This document shows, piece after piece, positions 38,725-48,029 of a stretch of DNA of 64,000 nucleotides (position 1 is the stretch's first letter; each line of letters begins with the position of its first letter). The stretch is from positions 174,481 to 238,480 of the forward strand of contig JBAZWC010000001.1 of the NCBI GenBank assembly GCA_041660565.1. The letters run 5' to 3'. The stretch comes from Patescibacteria group bacterium (lineage in GTDB: Bacteria > Patescibacteriota > UBA1384 > CAJBMM01). The position numbers were made by a program, and so were the translations under genes. The notes beneath the pieces are model-generated. The model did no database searches. It saw only the letters and a list, made by a program, of their open reading frames with translations, and had not been told where the DNA came from.

Positions 38725-39450
38725 CTATTTTTGATTTGTCAGGCGCATCCACAGAATCAAAATAAACATTTTTGGCAAAGCCAGTTGACGCTTAAAACGC
38801 TTTGGTTCGTGAACTAACCGCCACAACCACTCAAAACCGGCATTGCGCCAAGCTAGCGGCGGACGCTTTTTTACCCCGGCTAAATAATCAAACGTACCAC
38901 CAACACCCATCATTACCGGTACATTAAGCTCATTTTTATGTTGATGAATCCAGATGTCTTGTTTTGGGGCGCCCCAGGCAATCAGTAAAATGGACGGTTG
39001 ATGACGGAGGATGGTGGGGATAACCTCGGGATCGTCTGGTGAGCCTTCGTAAACCCCGGCAATTTTTAAGGTTGGATGTTCGGTGGTCCATAGATCGGCT
39101 ACTTTTTGTGCAACGCCGTTTCGGCCGCCCAGTAAAAAGATGGAAAATCCTTGCTCCGCTGCCATTTTAGCGATGAACTGGGTTAAATCGACACCAGTAA
39201 TGCGAGATGGAATCGGCTGATGTAGTAGTTTTGCCGCTAACACAATTCCCGCACCATCGGCTACGCTAATATCGGCCGAATTTAGAGTTGCCTTAAATAA
39301 TGGGTTGTGGCGCGCCTCCATCACAAATTCGGTGTTAACGGTGCAGATTTGATGTGGGGTTTTTGAGTCCACAAATCGGTGCACCTGCGCCAATATCTGG
39401 TCAAGCGTTAATAGGTCTATTTTAATGTCCAAAATGGAACATTTTATCAT
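38725..39450 (-). CDS. WecB/TagA/CpsF-family glycosyltransferase
   Basis: GVDLTQFIAKMAAEQGFSIFLLGG pattern of the WecG/TagA family. Confidence 0.6.
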   Translation of the reverse strand: MIKCSILDIKIDLLTLDQILAQVHRFVDSKTPHQICTVNTEFVMEARHNPLFKATLNSADISVADGAGIVLAAKLLHQPIPSRITGVDLTQFIAKMAAEQGFSIFLLGGRNGVAQKVADLWTTEHPTLKIAGVYEGSPDDPEVIPTILRHQPSILLIAWGAPKQDIWIHQHKNELNVPVMMGVGGTFDYLAGVKKRPPLAWRNAGFEWLWRLVHEPKRFKRQLALPKMFILILWMRLTNQK

Positions 39451-39466
39451 ATCTGACTCGACGACT

Positions 39467-39589
39467 TGTCATCTCGACTCCTCGAGCATTGTCGAGAGGG
39501 TGGAGAGATCTCAAAAAAACTGGATGGAATTCTTTCTCAGATTTCTCCGACGCGGTCGATCTGCGGATCTCCCCGGGTCGAAATGACAG
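39467..39589. mobile_element. MITE-like element, copy B (about 125 bp), with TIRs tgtcatctcgac / gtcgaaatgacag
   Basis: Shares TIRs and internal ctcgac..gtcgag..ggtggaga..ggaattctttctcagatttctc with copy A. Confidence 0.55.
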
Positions 39590-39594
39590 TTATA

Positions 39595-40686
39595 TTATTT
39601 TTCTTCCACAATTCTTCGAATATTATTATTAAACTCGTCCAAAGAGAATTTTTCGGCGTGACTTTTGATTGCCTTGGGGTTTAGTTTAGATTCGATTTTA
39701 TCCAACTGTTTAATGCCATCAATCATTCCCGCTGTACTTTGATCTTGGAATAAGATGCCAGTTTGGTTGTGTACTACGGTTTCGGTGGCTCCGCCTTTAT
39801 CAAATGCTACTACCGGACGGCCGGCGGCCATGCCTTCCACCGGCACCAAGCCAAAATCATCAATTCCCGGCCACAGTATGGCACGGCAGTGTTCAACTTG
39901 ATTTATCACTTCCTCGTCAGTCATGAATCCCATAAATTTAATTGTTGGTCCAGCCATCTGTTGCAAGCGTTCCTTGTCTTCGCCGCTGCCGATAATATGT
40001 AGCGGGCGTTTTAGCTCGTTGCAGGCTTGAATTGCCAGCTCTACCCGTTTTGGCGGGGTTAGGCGACAAATTGTCAGATAATAATCATCAACTTTTTCGG
40101 CAATTTTGTATTTATCAACTTCCACTCCGGGATAAATTACCTTACTGTCTCGTCGATAAAATTTGGTTACGCGATCTTTGACCGTGCCACTGTTGGCGTA
40201 AAGCTCATCTCCACGCTGCGCCGCCAAAAAATCCCATTGACGCAAATTGTGCAAAAATCGCTGAGCTACTGCGCCTTTTACCCCTTTGTCCCATCCTTTT
40301 TCTTTTAGGTATTGGTAATGGTAATCCCACAAAAAGCGCGTTGGAGTATGGTAATAGCTAATATGGCGGGTTCCCGGCTGAGTGATAACGCCGTGAGCAA
40401 AGGCACTGGAAAATGATAAAACCGTATCGAACTCAGATAAGTCAAACGATTCGATGGCCATGGGGTAAAGTGGCATTGCCATGGTGTGTCCGCGACGATT
40501 AAGCATGGAGTGCTTATCGATGAATGAAGATCGCACATCGCAATCATCAAAACGATGCCCGATTTTTTCGGGGTCGTATCTTAACGTAAAAATTGGGGCA
40601 TCTGGAAATAGATCGTGTACCTGGTGCGTTACTTTTTCAGCTCCGCCATAGGTCATCAAAAAATCGTGAATAATTGCTAGTTTCAT
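39595..40686 (-). CDS. Glycosyltransferase family 4
   Basis: GT-B C-terminal signature LVPVEGMAAGRPVVAFDKGG. Confidence 0.65.
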   Translation of the reverse strand: MKLAIIHDFLMTYGGAEKVTHQVHDLFPDAPIFTLRYDPEKIGHRFDDCDVRSSFIDKHSMLNRRGHTMAMPLYPMAIESFDLSEFDTVLSFSSAFAHGVITQPGTRHISYYHTPTRFLWDYHYQYLKEKGWDKGVKGAVAQRFLHNLRQWDFLAAQRGDELYANSGTVKDRVTKFYRRDSKVIYPGVEVDKYKIAEKVDDYYLTICRLTPPKRVELAIQACNELKRPLHIIGSGEDKERLQQMAGPTIKFMGFMTDEEVINQVEHCRAILWPGIDDFGLVPVEGMAAGRPVVAFDKGGATETVVHNQTGILFQDQSTAGMIDGIKQLDKIESKLNPKAIKSHAEKFSLDEFNNNIRRIVEEK

Positions 40687-40749
40687 AGTTTTATCTTAGC
40701 ACAACTGTCTTAATAGATCGAGATACACTTTTTATATGTCGTCCTCGTT

Positions 40750-41128
40750 GTCATTCCCGCGAAGGCGGGAATCCAGTCTATAAAAAAATGTATAATTATG
40801 GTATGGATAAATATTATTACGTATATATTCTCGCAAGTGATCGGAATGGCACTCTGTATATTGGAGTTACATCAGATTTAGTTGGCAGGATTTATCAACA
40901 TAAAAAAGACTGCGACGAAAAAGGATTCACCGCACAATATCAGGTTCACCGTTTGGTATATTATGAAATGACTAAGGACGTAAACAGCGCCATCACTAGA
41001 GAGAAACAGATTAAAAAATGGAACAGATCATGGAAAAAACGTTTAATTGAAACTAAAAATCCGGAGTGGAAAGACCTATACGAGGAAATTCATTCATAGA
41101 CTGGATTCCCGCCTTCGCGGGAATGACA
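40750..41128. mobile_element. GIY-YIG nuclease gene flanked by perfect 32-bp TIRs (element copy 2)
   Basis: Left tgtcattcccgcgaaggcgggaatccagtcta. Right arm is its exact reverse complement. Hairpin stem cccgc/gcggg replaces ccgga/tccgg of copy 1 (compensatory). Confidence 0.7.
40788..41099 (+). CDS. GIY-YIG nuclease family protein (paralog of the 28657-28953 product)
   Basis: YYVYILASDRNGTLYIGVTSDLVGRIYQHK. C-terminus KNPEWKDLYEEI is shared with copy 1. Stop codon lies inside the right TIR. Confidence 0.8.
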   Translation: MYNYGMDKYYYVYILASDRNGTLYIGVTSDLVGRIYQHKKDCDEKGFTAQYQVHRLVYYEMTKDVNSAITREKQIKKWNRSWKKRLIETKNPEWKDLYEEIHS

Positions 41129-41139
41129 CCCGATTATGT

Positions 41140-42195
41140 TTATTTATAACTCCATAACACAGATCGCTTAAACGCGTCTAGGTTATCTACCGCAATTAAG
41201 GTGCCTTTGGCAACGCAGAACAGCGGGTCTTCGGCAATTTGGCATGGTACACCGGTTACTTTGCTCATTAAGCTATCAAACTGACGCAATTGAGAAGTGC
41301 CACCGGTCATCACAATCCCCTTGTCCATTACGTCGGCTGCCAGCTCGGGCGGAGTTTTTTGCAAAACCGATTTTACCGCGTTCAAAATCTCGGCAATTTC
41401 TTCTTTGATGCTGGTCATTACATCGGTTGAAGTAACAATAACGCTTTCGGGTAGGCCGGAAATGGTGTTACATCCCGAAACTTCCATCGAGAGCTCTTTA
41501 GCTAATGGCATCACCGTGCCAATACGAATTTTAATTTCTTCGGCTGTCTGTTCGCCAATTACTAGATTGTATTTTTTTCGCATGTAGGCTGCAATGGCAG
41601 TGTCAATCTTGTTGCCGCCCACTCGTACCGATGTAGCCGCCACAATATCGCCAAGCGCGATCACCGCTACCTCGGTGGTACCGCCGCCGATGTCAATAAT
41701 CATGCTTCCGGATGGGGTGTTGATTGGGATGCCCGCTCCTAAAGCCGCAGCAATGGGTTCTTTAACTAAGTACGCATGTTTTGCGCCGGCTTGGGTGATG
41801 GCGTCGATAACCGCGCGCCGTTCAGTAGAAGTTATGCCCGCTGGAATAGAAACCATTACATCTGGTTTGATGATGCGGATTGATCCCGAAACCTTATTGA
41901 TGCAATGTCTAAGCATAGCTTCGGTAATGCGATAGTTGGCAATCACCCCGTCTTTTAATGGATGATTTGCCACAATTGACTCTGGAGTACGGCCGAGCAT
42001 TTTCTTGGCTTCCTCGCCAATGGCCATAATTTTATTGTTAGATGCTTCCAGCGCCACAACCGTAGGCTCATTTAATACCACGCCTCTTTTGGGGAGACTG
42101 ACGATGGTGTTAGTTGTTCCTAGATCGATTGCAATTCGCGCCATATTATTCCTTGTAAGCGATGTTAGTATAAAAGAAAATGTCCGAATATACAA
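41140..42195 (-). CDS. mreB: Rod shape-determining protein MreB
   Basis: IAIDLGTTNT phosphate-1 motif, actin fold. Confidence 0.85.
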   Translation of the reverse strand: MYIRTFSFILTSLTRNNMARIAIDLGTTNTIVSLPKRGVVLNEPTVVALEASNNKIMAIGEEAKKMLGRTPESIVANHPLKDGVIANYRITEAMLRHCINKVSGSIRIIKPDVMVSIPAGITSTERRAVIDAITQAGAKHAYLVKEPIAAALGAGIPINTPSGSMIIDIGGGTTEVAVIALGDIVAATSVRVGGNKIDTAIAAYMRKKYNLVIGEQTAEEIKIRIGTVMPLAKELSMEVSGCNTISGLPESVIVTSTDVMTSIKEEIAEILNAVKSVLQKTPPELAADVMDKGIVMTGGTSQLRQFDSLMSKVTGVPCQIAEDPLFCVAKGTLIAVDNLDAFKRSVLWSYK

Positions 42196-42250
42196 CTTGT
42201 GATTAAAACTATAACAAGAATTTAAAATTTAAAATTTAAAATTGTCCTAG

Positions 42251-43384
42251 GTGTGGTATAATTGCAGTATGATAATTGGCATAAACGCCTCTGCGCTTAC
42301 TCTGGAGCACAAAACTGGTGTCGAAAAATACACCGAGCACATTATTCGTGCGCTAATTAAGCGTGCGGACAAAAAGCATCAATTTAAGTTGTACTCCCCT
42401 ATCCCGCTGAGTGGTGATTTTGCCGCACATCAAGTGGTACTTAAATCTCATGGTTTGCCGTGGACACAAGTTAGATTGTCGGTTGAACTAATGCGGCATC
42501 GCCCCGATGTATTTTTTCAACCTAGCTACATGCTGCCTCCTGTTTGTCCATGTCCAAGTGTAACAACTGTACACGACATCGCTTGGAAGCACTTTCCCCA
42601 AGGGTACAGCCAAGATCAAACTAAAAAACTACATCTGGCGATAGACCGGATAATCAAACTCAAAAGCACCATTATTGTACCAAGCATTGATACCAAAAAA
42701 GATCTGATGCATTTTTTCAAAATCAATCAAAACAACATCAACGTTATCCCCGAGGCGTTGGTGGAGCTGCCGGTTGGAGATATCAATTTACATCCAAATA
42801 TTGCCAAAATGGCGGACCGCGATATCGTTTTGTCCGTTGGGCGGCTTGAAGCGCGAAAAAATACTTTGACGCTGGTTAAAGCGTTTCGAGTTTTGGTTAA
42901 AGATCACCTCAAAAATTCCCCCACCAAACCAGTGTTGGTACTAATTGGGCAGGCGGGGTTTGGGGCGGATGAGATTTTTGCCGAGGTAAACAAAGCCAAA
43001 AACGATGGCATTGAAATATTGGTGCTAAATAATGTGGATGATTCCGCGTTAAGCTGTTGGATGTCTGTGGCAAAAATGCTAGTTTATCCATCGCTGTTTG
43101 AAGGGTTCGGATTGCCAATTTTGCAGGCGTTTGCTGCCAAGATTCCGGTTATCACCAGTAAGACATCCGCTATGCCAGAAGTTGGTGGAGGTGCGGTTGC
43201 GTATTTGAATAATCCGAAAGACGAAGACGAGCTGGCGATACTAATCAACAATTTACTGTTTAGTAATGCCAAACGAGAAATTTTGATAGACAAAGGGCAA
43301 ACTAGACTAAATGATTTTTCGTGGGAAAAAGCGGCCGATCAAACGTTGGCAGTTCTGCTGGCGGCTGGAACAAAAAATTCATAA
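42251..43384 (+). CDS. Glycosyltransferase family 4
   Basis: PSLFEGFGLPILQAFAAKIPVITS signature. True start probably the internal ATG (MIIGINAS). Confidence 0.65.
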   Translation: MWYNCSMIIGINASALTLEHKTGVEKYTEHIIRALIKRADKKHQFKLYSPIPLSGDFAAHQVVLKSHGLPWTQVRLSVELMRHRPDVFFQPSYMLPPVCPCPSVTTVHDIAWKHFPQGYSQDQTKKLHLAIDRIIKLKSTIIVPSIDTKKDLMHFFKINQNNINVIPEALVELPVGDINLHPNIAKMADRDIVLSVGRLEARKNTLTLVKAFRVLVKDHLKNSPTKPVLVLIGQAGFGADEIFAEVNKAKNDGIEILVLNNVDDSALSCWMSVAKMLVYPSLFEGFGLPILQAFAAKIPVITSKTSAMPEVGGGAVAYLNNPKDEDELAILINNLLFSNAKREILIDKGQTRLNDFSWEKAADQTLAVLLAAGTKNS

Positions 43385-43402
43385 GAGTATAATTAGAGTT
43401 AA

Positions 43403-44107
43403 ATGCTAAATATTAAACCAACACATCACAAAATATCCGATACCGTTAGGCGCATTATTCTAGTGCTGGTATTTGTGATTGTTGCGTCAGTGGTGATCGG
43501 ATATGCCGGCGGGTATCGGCTTAATTTCAATAACTTTTCCATTGAAGCCACCGGAGCAATCTCTCTGTCTGGATCTGATACTGCATTAACCGTTAAATTA
43601 AACGACCGCACCGTTGGTGCTTCATTACCGGTTTATCTTAATGATCTAAAGCCAAATCAATCATACTCAATTTCGGTACAAAAAGATGGCTATACAAAAT
43701 GGTCACGTACAGTGACGGTTTTGCCTAATATGGTAGCAAATTTTGGGCCAATTCTCTTGTTTAGGCTTGAACAAGCTCCAATTGCCTCCACCACCGCAGA
43801 CGTAACTAGCTGGTGTAAAAGCAACACGCCATTCGGTAAGCAACTGGTAATTGACAACAGTGACATTAGGATTCAAAAGGACTTTGTCACCCGCGTCAGC
43901 GCACCGGTGGTCAATGCTTGCTGGTTTAATGATGGTTTTCATATTGCGTACGCCACCGCCGATGAAATACACGTGATTGATAATGATGGGTACAATGATG
44001 TAACTGTGGTGACCGCCACAACTCCAATTCAGCAAATGGGCGTAAATACCAAAGACAGCGAAATTGATTATTTTGACGGTACAAATTGGTACAAATTAAA
44101 TATCTAA
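43403..44107 (+). CDS. Membrane-anchored hypothetical protein with PEGA-like beta domain
   Basis: N-terminal TM helix. SYSISVQKDGYTKWSRTVTV resembles the PEGA motif end. Confidence 0.35.
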   Translation: MLNIKPTHHKISDTVRRIILVLVFVIVASVVIGYAGGYRLNFNNFSIEATGAISLSGSDTALTVKLNDRTVGASLPVYLNDLKPNQSYSISVQKDGYTKWSRTVTVLPNMVANFGPILLFRLEQAPIASTTADVTSWCKSNTPFGKQLVIDNSDIRIQKDFVTRVSAPVVNACWFNDGFHIAYATADEIHVIDNDGYNDVTVVTATTPIQQMGVNTKDSEIDYFDGTNWYKLNI

Positions 44108-44173
44108 AAAACGAGCCCCTGCTCGTTTTTTATCTTGTGGAGCGATTAGTACGCTCAGCGAACCAACTTACGT

Positions 44174-45256
44174 TTATAGATTTTGAATTTGCTCTTTGGC
44201 GTTTTTGATGAATTTTCCAAAACGATGGTCTTTTTGTTTTTTCTCTAACTCGGACAATTCATAATATTCCGACTCTTTTTTGAGACTGATAAAATTATGA
44301 TATTTGCTCTCTTCCAGACTACCCAATTTTACGGCGTCTAATACATTACACCCGGGTTCTTGAGTGTGCGTACAATCCGCATACTTGCATTGTTTAGATA
44401 ATGAAATAATCTGATCAAAAACATTATCTACGCTGACACTTGAATTTGTCAGCCCTACCTCTCTCATTCCGGGATTGTCTATTACAATCGCGCCGCTATC
44501 AAGAAAATACATATCTCTGCCCGTGGTTGTGTGCCTACCCCGGCCAGTGCGAGTATCAATACCCTGGGTGTCAATGACTTCTTTACCAATTAACTTGTTG
44601 ATTAAAGACGATTTCCCGACTCCCGATGATCCGAGAAAACAATACGTTCTACCTTTGATTAAATAATTTTTTAGCTCGTCTAGCCCGTTGCCGAGATAAT
44701 TGCTGGTTTGAATCAAATCAATATCGTTAAATCGATCTTTAATTTGATTTATCTTGAGTTCCAATTCAGATTCCGGAGCTAAATCAATCTTATTGATGAT
44801 AATCGCCGGCTTTGCGCCACCATCACTGACTATTGCTAAGTATCGTTCAATGCGATTAAGGCTAAAATCTTGATCAATAGAGGTGACTAAGAACGCCACA
44901 TCAATGTTGGTTGCGATTATTTGTATATCATTATTCCCGCTGGCTTTTCTCTTAATCATGGAGATTCTGGGAAGCACTTGGTTGATCACTGCTTTTGAGT
45001 CGCCTGCATCCGAAAAACTGACCCAATCGCCTACAGCCGGGTAGTCTTCTCTGGACTGAGCGTTAAATATCCGCTTTCCGGTAATTTTCGCGAAATATTC
45101 CCCTGTAGTATTTATGATTTGATAGGCACCTTTGTGTTCCGCAACTACTCGCGCAACCTGAAGGTTATTTTTGGTTTGAGCACTGTGTTCAAGCTGGGAA
45201 TAATGTTGATAACCAAAATCAATGCTTCGGTTGATATTATGATTAATTTTCGTCAT
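44174..45256 (-). CDS. rsgA: Ribosome small-subunit-dependent GTPase A (RsgA/YjeQ)
   Basis: Circularly permuted GTPase order NKIDL then GSSGVGKSSLINKL, C-terminal zinc-finger cysteines CKYADCTHTQEPGC. Confidence 0.8.
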   Translation of the reverse strand: MTKINHNINRSIDFGYQHYSQLEHSAQTKNNLQVARVVAEHKGAYQIINTTGEYFAKITGKRIFNAQSREDYPAVGDWVSFSDAGDSKAVINQVLPRISMIKRKASGNNDIQIIATNIDVAFLVTSIDQDFSLNRIERYLAIVSDGGAKPAIIINKIDLAPESELELKINQIKDRFNDIDLIQTSNYLGNGLDELKNYLIKGRTYCFLGSSGVGKSSLINKLIGKEVIDTQGIDTRTGRGRHTTTGRDMYFLDSGAIVIDNPGMREVGLTNSSVSVDNVFDQIISLSKQCKYADCTHTQEPGCNVLDAVKLGSLEESKYHNFISLKKESEYYELSELEKKQKDHRFGKFIKNAKEQIQNL

Positions 45257-45291
45257 GTTATTAACGCGATCAGTATTTTAAAGTCATATTT

Positions 45292-45342
45292 ACCACGTTT
45301 ATCGTGGTGGAACGCTGAGCGTTCCTATTACCACGCTTAGCG
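45292..45342 (-). terminator. Three tandem short hairpins in the tRNA-Leu 3' trailer
   Basis: Minus strand reads ACCACG-ctaa-GCGTGGT aata GGAACGC-tca-GCGTTCC ACCACG-ataaa-CGTGGT. The first hairpin begins with the tRNA ACCA end. No strong T-tract. Confidence 0.35.
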
Positions 45343-45427
45343 TGGTGGGCGAGGAGGGAGTTGAACCCACACACCTTACGGTACACGATTTTGAGTCGTG
45401 CGCGTCTGCCAGTTCCGCCACTCGCCC
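45343..45427 (-). tRNA. tRNA-Leu(CAA)
   Basis: Cloverleaf derived by hand: 7-bp acceptor GGGCGAG/CTCGCCC, anticodon stem CACGA/UCGUG with loop CUCAAAA, long variable arm, T-loop GGTTCAACTCC, encoded CCA. Confidence 0.85.
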
Positions 45428-45486
45428 ATTGTTATTATTATACTAGAAAATTTGTAAAAAGTATAGATTGAATCAAAAATATAAGA

Positions 45487-45512
45487 GGTAGGCGACAAGA
45501 TGTCGCCTACCC
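45487..45512 (-). terminator. Hairpin terminator for the 45530-45793 gene
   Basis: ggtaggcgac-aagat-gtcgcctacc 10-bp stem, followed on the minus strand by tcttatattttt. Confidence 0.45.
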
Positions 45513-45529
45513 TTGTGGCATGACAGTGA

Positions 45530-45793
45530 TCAGCTCCGAATTCGGCATCGATACCTCTTGGTTCGATCGATCTCCGTTGACTTCACCAGGCCATGCATCT
45601 CCGCGCACGATTTGGCCTGAAGGAATACCGGAAGATCCTCGAACTCAACGACACGAAGATTCATGACCGGCATGCTGCCCCTGCAGTACATATCCTCTAC
45701 TTCAGGGCCGTAATCGACGATTTCCTGTGGAACTATCACTAGCTCAACGATAGCGCCCTCGGGAATCCAATTCCCGCAATCTGCGTATGGCAT
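45530..45793 (-). CDS. GC-rich hypothetical protein (87 aa), divergent partner of the 45943-46608 gene
   Basis: ATG preceded by a caaaggagaacgacc SD. GC-rich codons. Confidence 0.5.
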   Translation of the reverse strand: MPYADCGNWIPEGAIVELVIVPQEIVDYGPEVEDMYCRGSMPVMNLRVVEFEDLPVFLQAKSCAEMHGLVKSTEIDRTKRYRCRIRS

Positions 45794-45873
45794 GGTCGTT
45801 CTCCTTTGCGAACAAACGACAGAGTAGTGTTAGCGCAATAATATTCTACCACATTGCGCCGAATATGTACATA

Positions 45874-45902
45874 TTGACACATGGCAACGATATCAGTATA
45901 AT
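45874..45902 (+). promoter_or_regulatory. Exact sigma70 consensus promoter TTGACA-17-TATAAT
   Basis: ttgacacatggcaacgatatcagtataat, followed by a ggaggggg SD and ATG at 45943. Confidence 0.55.
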
Positions 45903-45942
45903 TGTGGGGATGGTTTCCAATCTCATTTCGACGGAGGGGGCG

Positions 45943-46608
45943 ATGGGAGTAACATGCGATCGGGTTGACGAGGAAGGTGCAATCGCAATCCTCGGCGAGG
46001 ATAACGTTGTACTTCCTCGAATGTGTGGGGTTTCTGCAGACGCTGTGGTGGATATCCCGTTTACGGCTGACGCACTGCGCCGGTGCCAACAGGATAACCT
46101 GGGAGGATTATCTGACTGGCGGTTGGTGTGTGTGAGAGGCTACTCACTGCTTGAGATGGTCAAGGTATTCCGGGTTAGCACGACGGGGCGCGACTGCTTC
46201 GAAGGCTCCGAGGGGTACGACTGGTGGTTTCGGAAGTCGTGGGCAACGCGGTTGGGAGAGCCGGGCTACCATCTGATCGATTTCACCCTGCGATTCGGTG
46301 GGATGTGCCTGGACTCTCGGTGCAAGCGTATTTCGGAAATGAGCGGTGTTCATGTACCTGACACCGCCGAGCTATCCGAAGCGATGCTGAGAGCGGCTCG
46401 CTGTTCAAACCCCAGGCAGCTACCTCACGACCGAGAGCATGGTGAGTTTCACGTCGGCAGCTTTACCGTGCCGTTTGGCCCGAGTAGCGCGTTCAGGCGG
46501 GTGTGGAGCGGACTCAACATTAACGCTCGGTACGTCGTTACGGAAGAGGTTGGCATGGGGGTGTTCACAAACGTCGGGGTATACCTGGCGAAGGACCGCA
46601 ACTGCTGA
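45943..46608 (+). CDS. GC-rich hypothetical protein (about 221 aa), paralog of the 23496-24146 product
   Basis: ATG at 45943 after a GGAGGGGG SD. The listed longer ORF starts inside the promoter. Shared blocks ADALRRCQQDN..DWRLV and DWWFRK..YHLIDF. Confidence 0.55.
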   Translation: MGVTCDRVDEEGAIAILGEDNVVLPRMCGVSADAVVDIPFTADALRRCQQDNLGGLSDWRLVCVRGYSLLEMVKVFRVSTTGRDCFEGSEGYDWWFRKSWATRLGEPGYHLIDFTLRFGGMCLDSRCKRISEMSGVHVPDTAELSEAMLRAARCSNPRQLPHDREHGEFHVGSFTVPFGPSSAFRRVWSGLNINARYVVTEEVGMGVFTNVGVYLAKDRNC

Positions 46609-46680
46609 GACTGCAAGCGATAGGGCGACGGCTAACAAGCTGCCGCCCTAACATATATTCCAGATTGTCATGGTCATACC

Positions 46681-46710
46681 TTGACAAAGTATGATCGATT
46701 ATGCTATAAT
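46681..46710 (+). promoter_or_regulatory. Promoter TTGACA-18-TATAAT for the sortase gene
   Basis: ttgacaaagtatgatcgattatgctataat. The ORF-track start at 46681 is the -35 TTG, not a start codon. Confidence 0.5.
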
Positions 46711-46734
46711 ATAGTTGTCAGTGAGGAACGTAAT

Positions 46735-47526
46735 TTGAACACACAGACAATTTCAACTAAAGATCTAATTTTAACCGAAGATGATGTTCGTCGGCTGATT
46801 TTTGGTGCCAAGACTGGTCATCAACGTAAACCGTTGAAAATTAATAAATATATCAAAAATGTGGCTCTGCTATTCATTTTGTTTGCCGCTGTCTTTATCG
46901 CCTTAAATTCCCCTGCTTATTATATGAAAGCCAAATTTATTTACCAAAACAACTTTGTTTCGCAAAAACAAACCCAAAATACCAGCATCAATGCACCGGT
47001 AATTACCTCTGGTACCGGTTCGGCCAGCACATCAACTACAAATGCTGCGGGCATTACTAACGTACTAGCCGACAACTATTTATACATTGATCGTATTAGC
47101 CTTGCTGCGCCGATTATTTGGGATGTTGCAGACGATAACGCCAGCCAGCTTAAAAATCTGCAAAATGGGGTGATAGATTTGGCCGGGCAAGCTAAACCGG
47201 GTCAAAACGGCAATATCTTTATTGTTGGTCATAGTTCGTACTCAATTTTTGCCAAAGGACATTACAAAACCGTATTTGCTTTGCTACCAGAGTTGGTTGT
47301 GGGCGATAAAATTACTATCACATATCAAAATCAAACATATAAATATGTTGTTACAGCTACAAAAGTGGTTAACCCCAACGATGTCAGTATTCGTGAGAAT
47401 ACCGCAGATCAAACTTTAACTCTAATGACATGTGTTCCGGTGGGCACAAACCTAAACCGTTTGGCAGTAATTGCCAAACCGGTAAACGCCAGTGTTTCAT
47501 CCAATTTGTTACCATTGGTTAAGTAA
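46735..47526 (+). CDS. Sortase-family transpeptidase
   Basis: TLTLMTC catalytic Cys motif, N-terminal TM helix. TTG start after a gtgaggaac SD. Confidence 0.65.
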   Translation: MNTQTISTKDLILTEDDVRRLIFGAKTGHQRKPLKINKYIKNVALLFILFAAVFIALNSPAYYMKAKFIYQNNFVSQKQTQNTSINAPVITSGTGSASTSTTNAAGITNVLADNYLYIDRISLAAPIIWDVADDNASQLKNLQNGVIDLAGQAKPGQNGNIFIVGHSSYSIFAKGHYKTVFALLPELVVGDKITITYQNQTYKYVVTATKVVNPNDVSIRENTADQTLTLMTCVPVGTNLNRLAVIAKPVNASVSSNLLPLVK

Positions 47527-47562
47527 CTTAGGCCTCCTAGGTTGCTTATGGGTATGGGCAAT

Positions 47563-47584
47563 AACACCAAATAGGTGTTTTTTG
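47563..47584 (+). terminator. Hairpin plus T5 terminator after the sortase gene
   Basis: aacacc-aaat-aggtgtt followed by ttttt. Confidence 0.4.
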
Positions 47585-47613
47585 TTGCTTATTTGCGTAA
47601 AATTTTGTATAAT
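47585..47613 (+). promoter_or_regulatory. Promoter TTGCTT-17-TATAAT for the 47656-48006 cassette
   Basis: ttgcttatttgcgtaaaattttgtataat, then a ggggaggtga SD. Confidence 0.5.
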
Positions 47614-47655
47614 AGCGAAAGCGTATCATCTTGCTCATGGGGAGGTGAGAACAAA

Positions 47656-48006
47656 GTGTCAGATGAAGTGCGAATGGGTGTGCATCCTGATCCAGAGGTG
47701 CAGGCGGCAATTGTTGCACTGGAAGAGGCACTGGATGCAACTCGCCATATCTCGCGAGGGCATATTCTTACTGTCAATTGGGGCGATCGTGGTGGATTCG
47801 TCCTTGCGGCCGGAGGTCTGTGTCTTACGAGATATCAGCGAGTAACGTCACAATCGCTCGGAAACAGGCTGCACATTGCCGTCACTAGCCTAAACAACGC
47901 CATACTGGCCGATAGGAGTGCCACCGGGCGCGGTGCTGAGGTTGTTATCAAGCTGTCGAGTGGACAGGAGTACCGTTCGAGCAACGGTGTGACTTGCACC
48001 GGCTAG
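47656..48006 (+). CDS. GC-rich hypothetical protein (116 aa)
   Basis: GTG 7 nt after the GGAGGTGA SD. Gly/Ala-rich. Confidence 0.5.
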   Translation: MSDEVRMGVHPDPEVQAAIVALEEALDATRHISRGHILTVNWGDRGGFVLAAGGLCLTRYQRVTSQSLGNRLHIAVTSLNNAILADRSATGRGAEVVIKLSSGQEYRSSNGVTCTG

Positions 48007-48029
48007 TTGTTGATGGCAGGTTGGACTCG

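Noticed and set aside
39466-39684. 72-aa ORF overlapping MITE copy B
   Set aside because: It lies entirely within the repeat element and the downstream gene terminus, has no SD, and the homologous MITE copy A has no equivalent ORF.
46681-46734. ORF-track start of the sortase gene at 46681
   Set aside because: The TTG at 46681 is the -35 hexamer of a TTGACA-18-TATAAT promoter. No SD precedes it. A TTG at 46735 with a GAGGA SD 8 nt upstream is the plausible start.
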